37,492 bases of DNA. Source: a virus. Taxonomy: Duplodnaviria > Caudoviricetes. The translations under genes were made by a program, and so were the position numbers. The first letter of the stretch is position 1. Each line of letters opens with the position of its first letter. Below are positions 19,137 through 27,089 of the stretch, piece by piece. The notes under the pieces were generated by a model. That model was not told where the DNA came from. It ran no database searches and saw only the letters and a program-made list of their open reading frames with translations. The stretch lies in the IMG/VR virus record IMGVR_UViG_3300032314_000486, positions 1-37,492 of that record; one strand, written 5' to 3'.

Positions 19137-19346
19137 AGTCATCAGGCGCGGCAGCTCTTCTTCCTGCATCGGCAACACTTTGAACAAGGCCAGCGCCGTT
19201 TCTTGAATCAGCTCCAAATCCCTCTGGAGCCACACGTCCCGGTTCGCCACAGCCCATGGTTGCCCTGTCTCCGCTACATCCGCCGAAGCGGAATAGTCCA
19301 AAACCTTGTCCCCGACCTGAATTCTTTTTGTGACCGTGATCAGCAT
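19119..19346 (-). CDS. Hypothetical protein
   Basis: 75 aa, ATG start, lies between two motif C copies. Confidence 0.55.
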   Translation of the reverse strand: MLITVTKRIQVGDKVLDYSASADVAETGQPWAVANRDVWLQRDLELIQETALALFKVLPMQEEELPRLMTPNTPS

Positions 19347-19356
19347 ACCCGCCGCC

Positions 19357-19375
19357 GCTAAGACGGACTGTTAGG
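19357..19375 (-). promoter_or_regulatory. Motif C, copy 2
   Basis: CCTAACAGTCCGTCTTAGC on minus strand, 10 nt before ATG 19346. Confidence 0.7.
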
Positions 19376-19394
19376 CATCCTTACCGTAAGGATG
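19376..19394. repeat. Palindrome A, copy 4, at the divergence point
   Basis: CATCCTTACCGTAAGGATG between motif C and motif B. Confidence 0.95.
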
Positions 19395-19397
19395 GCG

Positions 19398-19424
19398 CAA
19401 GGTGTCCTTCCTGGTCTGTTAGTA
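19398..19424 (+). promoter_or_regulatory. Motif B promoter-like element, copy 1
   Basis: CAAGGTGTCCT-tcctgg-TCTGTTAGTA, 3 nt before ATG 19428. Confidence 0.7.
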
Positions 19425-19427
19425 GTG

Positions 19428-19589
19428 ATGAAACCAAACAAAACCCTCGCGTTTCTCTACCGCCACCGGCTGCTTATCGCCGACGGCTTGGTGATCGCCG
19501 CCCTCGTCCTGCGTCAATGGAACAAAACCCACACCATCAACCTGCCGACGGCTCCCCCACGCCGCCGTTGCCAACCCCGTATCAAATGA
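19428..19589 (+). CDS. Small hydrophobic peptide, paralog of 30095-30262
   Basis: MKPNKTLAFLYRHRLLIADGLVIAALVLRQW...; ATGA overlap with the next gene. Confidence 0.65.
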   Translation: MKPNKTLAFLYRHRLLIADGLVIAALVLRQWNKTHTINLPTAPPRRRCQPRIK

Positions 19590-19996
19590 GCTACATTCAC
19601 GCCATGAACGAACCCGACGGCCTGATCTTCGAAAAGATCTTCGGCCCCGACATCCTCAAACATCACCCCGGCCTGGCCGACGCCGAACTCCAGTTTTCCC
19701 TGGACGGACTGAACGACCGGACGGCCGGTTTCGACCCGTTGGGTCCCGACCGCGAACGGCTCTTCGCCTGGGTGCGCGAAGGCAAGGGCCACGCCTTCCA
19801 GGTCGCGCCCGTCCGGACGGACCTGCAGCGCGCCCTCGATATGCTCCCCGACGGATGGGAACACGATCGCACCTTCCACCCCGCCGCCGAGAAGGTGGCC
19901 GCCACCATCCGCGCCGGCTACGAGATCCCGGCCGACCTCGACGTCCTCATCCTGGAAGAGAAAGGAATCTGGATCTCCCTGCGCCATGGCTCGTAA
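19586..19996 (+). CDS. Hypothetical protein
   Basis: Start ATG 19586 (MSYIHAMNEPDG) chosen from the ATGA overlap. Confidence 0.65.
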   Translation: MSYIHAMNEPDGLIFEKIFGPDILKHHPGLADAELQFSLDGLNDRTAGFDPLGPDRERLFAWVREGKGHAFQVAPVRTDLQRALDMLPDGWEHDRTFHPAAEKVAATIRAGYEIPADLDVLILEEKGIWISLRHGS

Positions 19997-20210
19997 CACT
20001 CCGCTCTTCGACGCCTGGCTTGAAAAGTTTCGCGCTAGGATGGAATCCCGTGGGCGCAAAGCCCAGGCCGCCGCCTTCCTGGCCGAACATCTCGGATGGA
20101 CCGCTGAAAGTGCCCGCGTGAGCCTGCATCGCATCTTGAGCGGACGGGAGCTGCCCAATGCCGAAATTGTTTTGGCCCTGGACGGTTGGAAACCCCGAAA
20201 AGGCAAATAA
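19986..20210 (+). CDS. XRE/Cro-like helix-turn-helix protein
   Basis: 74 aa; LAEHLGWTAESARVSLHRILSGRELPNAEIVLAL. Confidence 0.65.
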   Translation: MARNTPLFDAWLEKFRARMESRGRKAQAAAFLAEHLGWTAESARVSLHRILSGRELPNAEIVLALDGWKPRKGK

Positions 20211-20280
20211 GTTTTCGGCCCGGCTTTTGCCGTTTTGTCGATTTGTCTTTACTTAGGAATAACTAAGGATAAGGGCGCGC

Positions 20281-20299
20281 CATCCTTACGGTAAGGATG
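20281..20299. repeat. Palindrome A, copy 5
   Basis: CATCCTTACGGTAAGGATG, 4 nt upstream of motif B. Confidence 0.95.
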
Positions 20300-20303
20300 A
20301 TTT

Positions 20304-20330
20304 CAAGGTGTCCTAGCTGGTCTGTTACTA
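20304..20330 (+). promoter_or_regulatory. Motif B, copy 2
   Basis: CAAGGTGTCCT-agctgg-TCTGTTACTA, 3 nt before ATG 20334. Confidence 0.7.
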
Positions 20331-20333
20331 GGC

Positions 20334-21356
20334 ATGAAGGATGTCACTTTGCTATTGCCTTTCGTAGCTAATCCGCTACTCTGGCAGCGTATGGAACAGA
20401 CCACGCAAACCACGACAACCGCCACCAGCGGACGCGCACAACGTCAATTGTGCATAGCCTCTGACATCACCACGCGCAAAGTCATCACGCCCGAAATTGA
20501 CGCAACCGCCGCAAGGGTGGCCTACTCCCGCGCCCGCTTCTATTTCCTCGGGGGAGCGAAAAAGGGGAAAGTCATCACACGGGGGAAGAACAAGGGCAAG
20601 CTGCGCGACATCGAGGCCCGCGACGGTTGCGGGATGCCTCTCGACTGGCAGGCAATCGAAGAGTTGAAAGCGGCAGCGCGGGCGGAGTTGCTCGCTTGTG
20701 AGATGGAAGGAATTGACCCCCGCGAGTCGTTCCGCCGCGCCCGCAATGCCGCGCAAAAATTGCTTCACAACTCCACACGGGAGATGATCTATGCGGACGC
20801 CACCACCGCCCAAAATGCGGGGGAACGTGCCGCAACCCGCGCCCGCGAAATATGGGATGCTGAACCATTGCCCGCGAACGATGTCCAGCCATTCTGGGGC
20901 GAGCAAACCGGCCAGACATCCCGCGCCACACTCGCCAAGGCACTCCGCGCCACTAGGGACGCCTTGCGGGCCTACTGGATGGCCAGCGCGTCGCCCTATG
21001 CTCGCCAAGGTCTCCGGCTTGACTTTCGCCTTGCCCGCGAACTTCTCGCCATGAGTGAAGCGGGGACACTGGAAATCAAAAACGGGGATGCACTCCGCAA
21101 ACGATGCGAACGGATGGCAAAGCGGGTGGATGCTGGCAGGGAGTTATTGACCCCCGCCACCGCCACCGCCGCGCGGGAAACGCAAGCCACCTTGCCTCTG
21201 GCCGTGCCAGTGAAAACCATCTCCCTCGCCATCACTCGCGGGGAAGTCCTCGCGGAGAACGTCGAGCGCAACCGCTACGCCCGCGAACTGACAGCCCGCC
21301 AACGTGCCACCATGCACGATCTCGCAAGGTTGGCGGACGCTTTCAAGGTGTCCTAG
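20334..21356 (+). CDS. Hypothetical helical protein, possible divergent sigma-70-family factor
   Basis: 340 aa (alternative start 20391). Weak by-eye resemblance to sigma region 2 (AIEELKAAARAELL...FRRARNAAQKLL) and region 4 (NGDALRKRCERMAKRV). Confidence 0.4.
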   Translation: MKDVTLLLPFVANPLLWQRMEQTTQTTTTATSGRAQRQLCIASDITTRKVITPEIDATAARVAYSRARFYFLGGAKKGKVITRGKNKGKLRDIEARDGCGMPLDWQAIEELKAAARAELLACEMEGIDPRESFRRARNAAQKLLHNSTREMIYADATTAQNAGERAATRAREIWDAEPLPANDVQPFWGEQTGQTSRATLAKALRATRDALRAYWMASASPYARQGLRLDFRLARELLAMSEAGTLEIKNGDALRKRCERMAKRVDAGRELLTPATATAARETQATLPLAVPVKTISLAITRGEVLAENVERNRYARELTARQRATMHDLARLADAFKVS

Positions 21357-21370
21357 CTGATCTGTTACTA
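21344..21370 (+). promoter_or_regulatory. Motif B, copy 3
   Basis: CAAGGTGTCCT-agctga-TCTGTTACTA, overlapping the TAG stop of 20334-21356. Confidence 0.7.
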
Positions 21371-21382
21371 AGTAGAACGCTG

Positions 21383-21417
21383 AAAAGCGCACGAGGGTTT
21401 TCCCTCGTGCGCTTTTT
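21383..21417. terminator. Bidirectional intrinsic terminator
   Basis: AAAAGCGCACGAGGG-tttt-CCCTCGTGCGCTTTTT. Confidence 0.85.
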
Positions 21418-21426
21418 CGTTTCCGT

Positions 21427-21444
21427 ATCCTTACCGTAAGGATG
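21427..21444. repeat. Palindrome A, copy 6
   Basis: ATCCTTACCGTAAGGATG; stem extends outward with G-T pairs on the plus strand. Confidence 0.95.
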
Positions 21445-21464
21445 CGGGAAGGGACGCGCAATTT

Positions 21465-21491
21465 CAAGGTGTCCTAGTCGCTCTGTTACTA
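21465..21491 (+). promoter_or_regulatory. Motif B, copy 4
   Basis: CAAGGTGTCCT-agtcgc-TCTGTTACTA, upstream of ATG 21533. Confidence 0.7.
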
Positions 21492-21532
21492 AGTGAACAA
21501 GGGAACACACTCCCGCAACTCAAAACCATACC

Positions 21533-22372
21533 ATGAAGAAAAAACCCGCCGTCAAGTCGTCCGTCCTCGCGATGGACGTCATCACCAAGCTGACTCAACC
21601 CGACCGCATCCAGCGTTTCGCCGATCTCTCCAAGGTCGCGCAGAGCGCGTTCGCCGGTTTGGGCAAGCTCCTGTTCGCCATCAGCGCGGACTTGAAACCC
21701 AAGGAAACCATCTACTCCGTGCTGCGCGCTGCCGGTCTCAAGGATGGAACCATCTCGAACGCCTCCTACGCTTCCAAAGCGTGGGAACTCGTCATCGATG
21801 GAACCATCACCGAGGCGGAATACGACAGCTTCGGATTCCGTGACAGCCTGGCCATCGTCCGCGTGCTGGGTCCGAAATCGGCCAAGCGGCTCGCGAAAGA
21901 GGACGTCGCCGTCATCATCCGCTCCGTCGCCGACTTCGAGCCCGAGCTGCGCTCGATCTACGAGCATGGCGTCACCCTCGAAGAGAAAGCCGCGAACGAC
22001 AAGCTGATCGCCGAGGCGCAAGCCGAGTCGGACAAAGCGGACGCCAAGGTGGCCGCCGCCGCCGCGAAGCCCGCTCCCGCTGCGGCCACCGCCGCCGCGA
22101 CCGAACCGGAAACCGCACCCGCCACCGCTGCGCCCGCCGTCGCCAACGCCGCCACCGCCGAGGCTCCGGCCCCGGAAGCGGGCAAGGTCGTCGCCATGCC
22201 GGCCAGCAAACCGACCGCCGACACCATGAACCGCCTGCTCGACACCTTCGAGGAACAGTTCCTGGAACTCGCTCCCGAGGACCAGATCCTGATCGGCGGC
22301 CGTTTCCTCGCCATCGCGGAAACGATCTTCTCGTTCAAGGATACCGTCACCCCTGCGGCCGTCGCCGCCTGA
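21533..22372 (+). CDS. Hypothetical protein with Ala/Pro-rich linker
   Basis: 279 aa, strong codon bias, own motif B and terminator. Confidence 0.8.
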   Translation: MKKKPAVKSSVLAMDVITKLTQPDRIQRFADLSKVAQSAFAGLGKLLFAISADLKPKETIYSVLRAAGLKDGTISNASYASKAWELVIDGTITEAEYDSFGFRDSLAIVRVLGPKSAKRLAKEDVAVIIRSVADFEPELRSIYEHGVTLEEKAANDKLIAEAQAESDKADAKVAAAAAKPAPAAATAAATEPETAPATAAPAVANAATAEAPAPEAGKVVAMPASKPTADTMNRLLDTFEEQFLELAPEDQILIGGRFLAIAETIFSFKDTVTPAAVAA

Positions 22373-22396
22373 TCGTCACGGTCTGAAACGCAACCC

Positions 22397-22434
22397 GCGA
22401 GGCGGAGCTTCCATGCTCCGCCTCGCCTTTTTTT
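22397..22434 (+). terminator. Intrinsic terminator
   Basis: GCGAGGCGGAGC-ttccat-GCTCCGCCTCGC then C and T7. Confidence 0.85.
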
Positions 22435-22468
22435 CATCACGAACCCGTCCGAACAAAACACAAAAACC

Positions 22469-22651
22469 ATGAACGCCACCATCGACACCAAAACCAACGA
22501 ACTCGTCATCCGCATCCCCCTGCAATCGCCGCGCCCATCGGCCAGCGGCAAAACCCTCGTCGTCGCCACCAGCGGCGGCAATCAGGCCACCACCGCCCAG
22601 GTGAACGGCAAGCCCGTCACCATCGGGGTCAACGCCTACATCAAACCCTAA
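22469..22651 (+). CDS. Small beta-rich hypothetical protein
   Basis: 60 aa; PSASGKTLVVATSGGN...VTIGVNAY; AC-rich leader. Confidence 0.75.
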   Translation: MNATIDTKTNELVIRIPLQSPRPSASGKTLVVATSGGNQATTAQVNGKPVTIGVNAYIKP

Positions 22652-22658
22652 TCCAACC

Positions 22659-22689
22659 GGCGGCCATCCTTACCGTAAGGATGGCCGCC
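22659..22689. repeat. Palindrome A, copy 7 (extended to 31 bp)
   Basis: GGCGGCCATCCTTAC-C-GTAAGGATGGCCGCC. Confidence 0.95.
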
Positions 22690-22702
22690 CACCCTTTTTT
22701 CC

Positions 22703-23023
22703 ATGCCACTCCTTACCGCCCGCGCCAACATTTCCCTCAAGTCCGGCCGCACCATCCTGCAAGGCGAAAAATGCACCGTCCGCTGGGAGGACAATCAAGC
22801 CACTGTGATGATCGTCCAGCCGGCCTCGTTTGACGAACCCGTCCGCCTACGCACCACCAACGCCCCGCGCTACTTTGAGGAGGTCGAAGCGATTTCCATG
22901 GAGGAACTCGAAGAGGCCGTCCACGACTGCACCTGCCCGAGCATCCTCGGCGATTCCGTCGAGCCCGACGGCTGGGACTCCCAGGGCAGCCCGAGCTGGC
23001 TCATGGCCATGGGCATGATCTGA
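22703..23023 (+). CDS. Hypothetical phage protein
   Basis: 106 aa ending VEPDGWDSQGSPSWLMAMGMI. Confidence 0.75.
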   Translation: MPLLTARANISLKSGRTILQGEKCTVRWEDNQATVMIVQPASFDEPVRLRTTNAPRYFEEVEAISMEELEEAVHDCTCPSILGDSVEPDGWDSQGSPSWLMAMGMI

Positions 23024-23238
23024 ATTTCGCTTGGTTTTTGCCAAGTCCGTCCGCGCCCACGGCGCAACACGGCAAGCGCAATAAACCAGCCTCCGGCGGG
23101 CTATGGGTATGGGAACTGAACTGTTCTCCCGTCGGCGACCACCACGAACAGTTGAAGCCCTCGCGGCCCGTTGCTGGGCGTCCGCGTGTCACCAGATTTC
23201 CCGCCCGGCCAGCACCGGGCGGGCCACTTTATCAACCC

Positions 23239-23256
23239 CATCCTTACCGTAAGGAT
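23239..23256. repeat. Palindrome A, copy 8
   Basis: CATCCTTACCGTAAGGAT. Confidence 0.95.
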
Positions 23257-23272
23257 TTCACTTCCCAATTCC

Positions 23273-23485
23273 ATGACTCCTATCACTTACCGCTTGCGCA
23301 GCGGCATCGAAGTCCGCGCGCTGCGGCATAACAGCGGAACGATCCTCTTCGCCGACTACCGCCTCCCCGGTTCGAAAGAACCCACCTTCGCACCCGACGG
23401 GACGAATCTCGACGAACCCGCCTACCAACGCCTCGCCACTCTCAACCACAAAACTCATGAAAACACCCAAGCCCAAGCCGCATAA
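23273..23485 (+). CDS. Hypothetical protein
   Basis: ATG 23273 (MTPITYRLRSG...) just after palindrome copy 8. Confidence 0.55.
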   Translation: MTPITYRLRSGIEVRALRHNSGTILFADYRLPGSKEPTFAPDGTNLDEPAYQRLATLNHKTHENTQAQAA

Positions 23486-24785
23486 GAACGCCGCCGCGCC
23501 CGCCGCGTCGGAAACGAAACCGCCCACCGTCACCTTCGGCAAACCCGTCGTGCCACCGCCCGAACTCCCGCCCGCGCCGGTCGTTCCCATCGGAGCCGCC
23601 CGCTTCCCGAAAGCCGTGATCGCCGCCATCCTCGGCGTCCTCGCGCCGGTGATGCGGAAGGCCCGCAAGTCCACCCTGCCGGTGATGCGGCACATCCTCA
23701 TCCAGTCGAAGGATGGCCTCGTCACCATCACCGCCACCGACCTGGACACCACGGCCGTCCACACCATTCCCGCGCCGACCGCGAACAGCGAACTGGCCCG
23801 CAAGGTGCTGGCCGCCCGTTTCGAGCGCGAGAACGGCGAGTTCCTTGTCCCCTACGAGGAGCTGCGCCAGATCGTGAAGAACGCCACGGCCGACGACGCC
23901 ATCATCCTCCAAGCCTACGGCGGCAAGGGGCGGCAGAATAACGTCGAGAAAACTCCGCACCATGTCACGGCCAGCTACCTGCTGAACGAAACCGTCGTCA
24001 CGACGGAAATCCCCAGCCTGCCCGTGTCCGGCTTCCCCGAGTTCAACCCCGATACGCTCGACCCCTTCACCGCCGAGATCCCCGTCGGCGCGGACACGCT
24101 GCGCGGCATCCGCCACGCCATGAGCGTGAGCAGCCTGGACGAGACCCGCTACGTCTTGCAAGGCGTCGCGCTCGATGGCAGCCAAGCCGGCCACCACACC
24201 CTCATCGGCACGGACGGCCGCCGGTTGTTCATGCAGAACTCGCAGAGCTTCCCGTTCACGGACGTCCGCATCCTGCCCGCCTGCGCCATCACCCGCCCGC
24301 TCATTCCCCTGCTGAACGAACCGGGATGGTCCTTCGCCTTCGCCAAGATCAAGGGCAAGGATCACGGCGTCATCCGCATCCGTTCCGGTGCGTGGGAGTT
24401 TTTCACCCGAGGCATCGAGGGCAACTATCCCAACTGGCGGCAGGTGATTCCCGAGGACAAAGCCCTGACCACGATCGCCATCCCCCCGGCCGCCCGCGAC
24501 TACATCCTCGCCACCGCGCCCAAGCTGCCCGCCGCACCGACCGAAAGCATCCGCCTGACCACGAAGAGCGGCGCACTGACCATCAGCCGCGGCAAAAACA
24601 CCGTCACCGTGCCGAACGCCACCGCGACCGGCAAGGAAATGTCCATCGCCTTCAACATGGACTACTTCCTCGAAGCCGTGCGGCAGGAGTTTTCCGAACT
24701 CCGCTTGCTCGATCCGATGTCCCCAGGATTGTTCCGCGAAGGCTCGGCCCAGCTCGTGCTGATGCCGATGCGCGTTTCGGTCTGA
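23457..24785 (+). CDS. dnaN: DNA polymerase III beta sliding clamp
   Basis: LPVMRHILI, TITATDLD, ETRYVLQGV, TDGRRL, IEGNYPNWRQVIP, IAFNMDYFLEA, VLMPMRV; Pro-rich N-terminal extension. Confidence 0.9.
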   Translation: MKTPKPKPHKNAAAPAASETKPPTVTFGKPVVPPPELPPAPVVPIGAARFPKAVIAAILGVLAPVMRKARKSTLPVMRHILIQSKDGLVTITATDLDTTAVHTIPAPTANSELARKVLAARFERENGEFLVPYEELRQIVKNATADDAIILQAYGGKGRQNNVEKTPHHVTASYLLNETVVTTEIPSLPVSGFPEFNPDTLDPFTAEIPVGADTLRGIRHAMSVSSLDETRYVLQGVALDGSQAGHHTLIGTDGRRLFMQNSQSFPFTDVRILPACAITRPLIPLLNEPGWSFAFAKIKGKDHGVIRIRSGAWEFFTRGIEGNYPNWRQVIPEDKALTTIAIPPAARDYILATAPKLPAAPTESIRLTTKSGALTISRGKNTVTVPNATATGKEMSIAFNMDYFLEAVRQEFSELRLLDPMSPGLFREGSAQLVLMPMRVSV

Positions 24786-24858
24786 CCATTTGGGAGGGAG
24801 CACGCCCACGGCGAGATCCAGTGCATCGACACGGCTCATGACGGAACCGGCTCCCTCC

Positions 24859-24876
24859 CATCCTTACCGTAAGGAT
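24859..24876. repeat. Palindrome A, copy 9
   Basis: CATCCTTACCGTAAGGAT abutting motif B. Confidence 0.95.
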
Positions 24877-24877
24877 T

Positions 24878-24904
24878 CAAGGTGTCCTTACCGATCTGTT
24901 ACTA
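24878..24904 (+). promoter_or_regulatory. Motif B, copy 5
   Basis: CAAGGTGTCCT-taccga-TCTGTTACTA, 5 nt before ATG 24910. Confidence 0.7.
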
Positions 24905-24909
24905 AGTGA

Positions 24910-25188
24910 ATGAAACCTCTCAATCGCATTGCCTTTGATCGCCGCCGTGGCGGCTATCGCGCCGGAGATGCTTACTACATCCAAGACGGCTGCGGCCCCT
25001 TTGGCTTCCGCCGTCCGATCGGTGGAGTCGGTCCCGAACCGTTCTTCATCCGCCGCACCCCTTGGCAAATCCAAGCCTTCACCCTTGGCGACATCGCCAT
25101 CCTCAAATGCCTCCGAACCGGCCGCATCCGCCAGTGCGCGATGTGGCTCATCAAAATGCACGAACAAGCCAACCTCATAAAACCATGA
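24910..25188 (+). CDS. Hypothetical basic protein
   Basis: 92 aa after motif B; ATGA overlap with the next gene. Confidence 0.6.
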   Translation: MKPLNRIAFDRRRGGYRAGDAYYIQDGCGPFGFRRPIGGVGPEPFFIRRTPWQIQAFTLGDIAILKCLRTGRIRQCAMWLIKMHEQANLIKP

Positions 25189-25382
25189 ACGCATCCCAAG
25201 AACTCGACCGCATGAAACGCGAATGTCTTTGCTACTTTTGCTCCCAGCCCGCGAAGGACAGCACCGAGACCGTCAACGGCAAACCCGACGACCACAAGGT
25301 TTGCCCGACCTGCTTCCAGAAAAACCGCGCGTCCATCCTCAACTCCCGCCGGATGATCGCCCAGTTCGACGCGATGTTTTAG
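25185..25382 (+). CDS. Small zinc-finger protein
   Basis: ATG 25185; CYFC...CPTC. Confidence 0.65.
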   Translation: MNASQELDRMKRECLCYFCSQPAKDSTETVNGKPDDHKVCPTCFQKNRASILNSRRMIAQFDAMF

Positions 25383-25384
25383 CC

Positions 25385-25666
25385 GTGAGCACAAATCACA
25401 CTCCCGGCCCCGTCCCGCCCGAGATCCTCGCCGAGATCGGAAAAGCCGAGGCCATCCGGCTAATCATGCCCGAGGACGAGTGTTTCGATGTCGAGTTCGC
25501 CGCCTACTTCCCCGATTACTGCACTTCCTGCGTCGGCTATCACGGCCCGCTCGTCGTGATCGTGTGGGGCGCGGACCCCGGCGCCGTTTCCACCTTCTAC
25601 CGGCCGTGGAACGACGACCACACCGCCCGCCTGCCGTGGCAGCACTGCAACTCTTCCGCGTGGTAA
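25385..25666 (+). CDS. Hypothetical protein
   Basis: GTG 25385 (VSTNHTPGP...), packed tightly in the operon. Confidence 0.55.
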   Translation: MSTNHTPGPVPPEILAEIGKAEAIRLIMPEDECFDVEFAAYFPDYCTSCVGYHGPLVVIVWGADPGAVSTFYRPWNDDHTARLPWQHCNSSAW

Positions 25667-25672
25667 CTCCAA

Positions 25673-25975
25673 ATGACAGCCCTACTCACCGCCCGCCATC
25701 CGTCCGGTAATCCGAACGCGAGTTACTTCACCCTGCATTGCAGCGAGGCCGAGACCAGCCGCCTGCGATACGAGGAAAACGTCGGAACCGTTCTCGACAC
25801 CTCCCTTGAACGCGAATTCGAGCTGCGCATCTACGAGCGCGACAATCGCGGCTACTGCGGCCTCGCCGCGCAGTTTGAACTCGCCCGCCTGTCCGACGCC
25901 ATCACCACCCTGCTCGATCTCGCCAGCATCGATCCCGATCAGATCCAAAACGCCGCACCACTCAAAACCACATGA
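25673..25975 (+). CDS. Hypothetical protein
   Basis: 100 aa; ATGA overlap with the next gene. Confidence 0.65.
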   Translation: MTALLTARHPSGNPNASYFTLHCSEAETSRLRYEENVGTVLDTSLEREFELRIYERDNRGYCGLAAQFELARLSDAITTLLDLASIDPDQIQNAAPLKTT

Positions 25976-26367
25976 CCGTTCCCATCATCGACATTTGCAC
26001 AGAGATCCTCCGTCTGACCAACGATGGCAACGACCTGGCTCCCGGCCACCTCGCCATCATTCAAGCGGCCTGCAACCACGGACTAACCGAAGCGGGCGAA
26101 ATGGCCTTGGCTGAACTCCATGCTTCCGTCCTCCGTGGTTACACGAAGCCGGGGCATTTCGGCGTCGAACACGTGACCAAGGACCATGAGGGCTACATCT
26201 ATTGGCGCGGCAAGCAGCTCGAACATTACAGCTTCCACGACTCAGAGAAAGAGCGCGAGGCCACTCAGAAACTCGCATCCGCCTGCCTCGCACTGGAAGC
26301 CCAAGGCAAGGAAATCACCTTCGATAACTACTTCAAACAACTCTACTTCAACCAACCCCACGCATGA
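25972..26367 (+). CDS. Hypothetical protein
   Basis: 131 aa, translationally coupled on both sides. Confidence 0.7.
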   Translation: MTVPIIDICTEILRLTNDGNDLAPGHLAIIQAACNHGLTEAGEMALAELHASVLRGYTKPGHFGVEHVTKDHEGYIYWRGKQLEHYSFHDSEKEREATQKLASACLALEAQGKEITFDNYFKQLYFNQPHA

Positions 26368-26927
26368 CCGTCCAACGCTACCGTCCCGACACTTACACCC
26401 AGGAGCAAAGCAACAAACTCGGCTCCGTCTTTTACACCGAAACGCCCATCCCCAAAGCCATCGCATTTCGGGGCACGGCGCGGAAGTGCGCGTGGCATTT
26501 CCGCTTCCGCACCACCGAGAGCCTTCACGCCAAGATCGCCGAGTTCTTTTCCTCCCTCGAAGCCCGCGCCGTCGCCACCGCCAAGCGCAAAAAGGACCGT
26601 CTGGAGATCGACGCTTCCAAGCACTTCGCCGTCGGCGATGTGGTCTATAACACGTGGGGCTACGACCAGACGAACGCGGACTTTTACCAGGTCATGAAGG
26701 TTTGTGGCCGTTCGCTCGTCCTGCGCCGTCTGGCTTCCCGCACCACGGAGACAGGTTTCATGTCCGGCCACGCCGTGCCGGTTATCGGTGAATTCTGCGC
26801 CCACGATTCCGAACCGGAACGCCATTTTGTCTATCCCGGTCACGATTCCTCACCACGGGTCAATTTCAAATTCGGATGCGGGAGCAAGTGGCACGGCAAG
26901 CCAGTCAGTTGCTCTTGGTATGCCTAA
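26364..26927 (+). CDS. Hypothetical phage protein
   Basis: 187 aa; VGDVVYNTWGYDQTNADFYQV motif. Confidence 0.75.
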   Translation: MTVQRYRPDTYTQEQSNKLGSVFYTETPIPKAIAFRGTARKCAWHFRFRTTESLHAKIAEFFSSLEARAVATAKRKKDRLEIDASKHFAVGDVVYNTWGYDQTNADFYQVMKVCGRSLVLRRLASRTTETGFMSGHAVPVIGEFCAHDSEPERHFVYPGHDSSPRVNFKFGCGSKWHGKPVSCSWYA

Positions 26928-26929
26928 CC

Positions 26930-26947
26930 CATCCTTACCGTAAGGAT
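26930..26947. repeat. Palindrome A, copy 10
   Basis: CATCCTTACCGTAAGGAT, 2 nt after a stop codon. Confidence 0.95.
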
Positions 26948-26963
26948 ACAACGCACACTTACC

Positions 26964-27086
26964 ATGACCACACGCAAGAAAACTGCCGCCAAGCTCAGCG
27001 AACTCCGCGACCTCTCGGCCGGGAAGTACTTCGAGACCAACCTGCGCCTGCCCGACGCGAGCCCGACCCTCCTGCTCGCCGCCTGA
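26964..27086 (+). CDS. 40-aa hypothetical peptide
   Basis: MTTRKKTAAKLSELRDLSAGKYFETNLRLPDASPTLLLAA; fills the gap between palindrome and 27090. Confidence 0.5.
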   Translation: MTTRKKTAAKLSELRDLSAGKYFETNLRLPDASPTLLLAA

Positions 27087-27089
27087 TTT

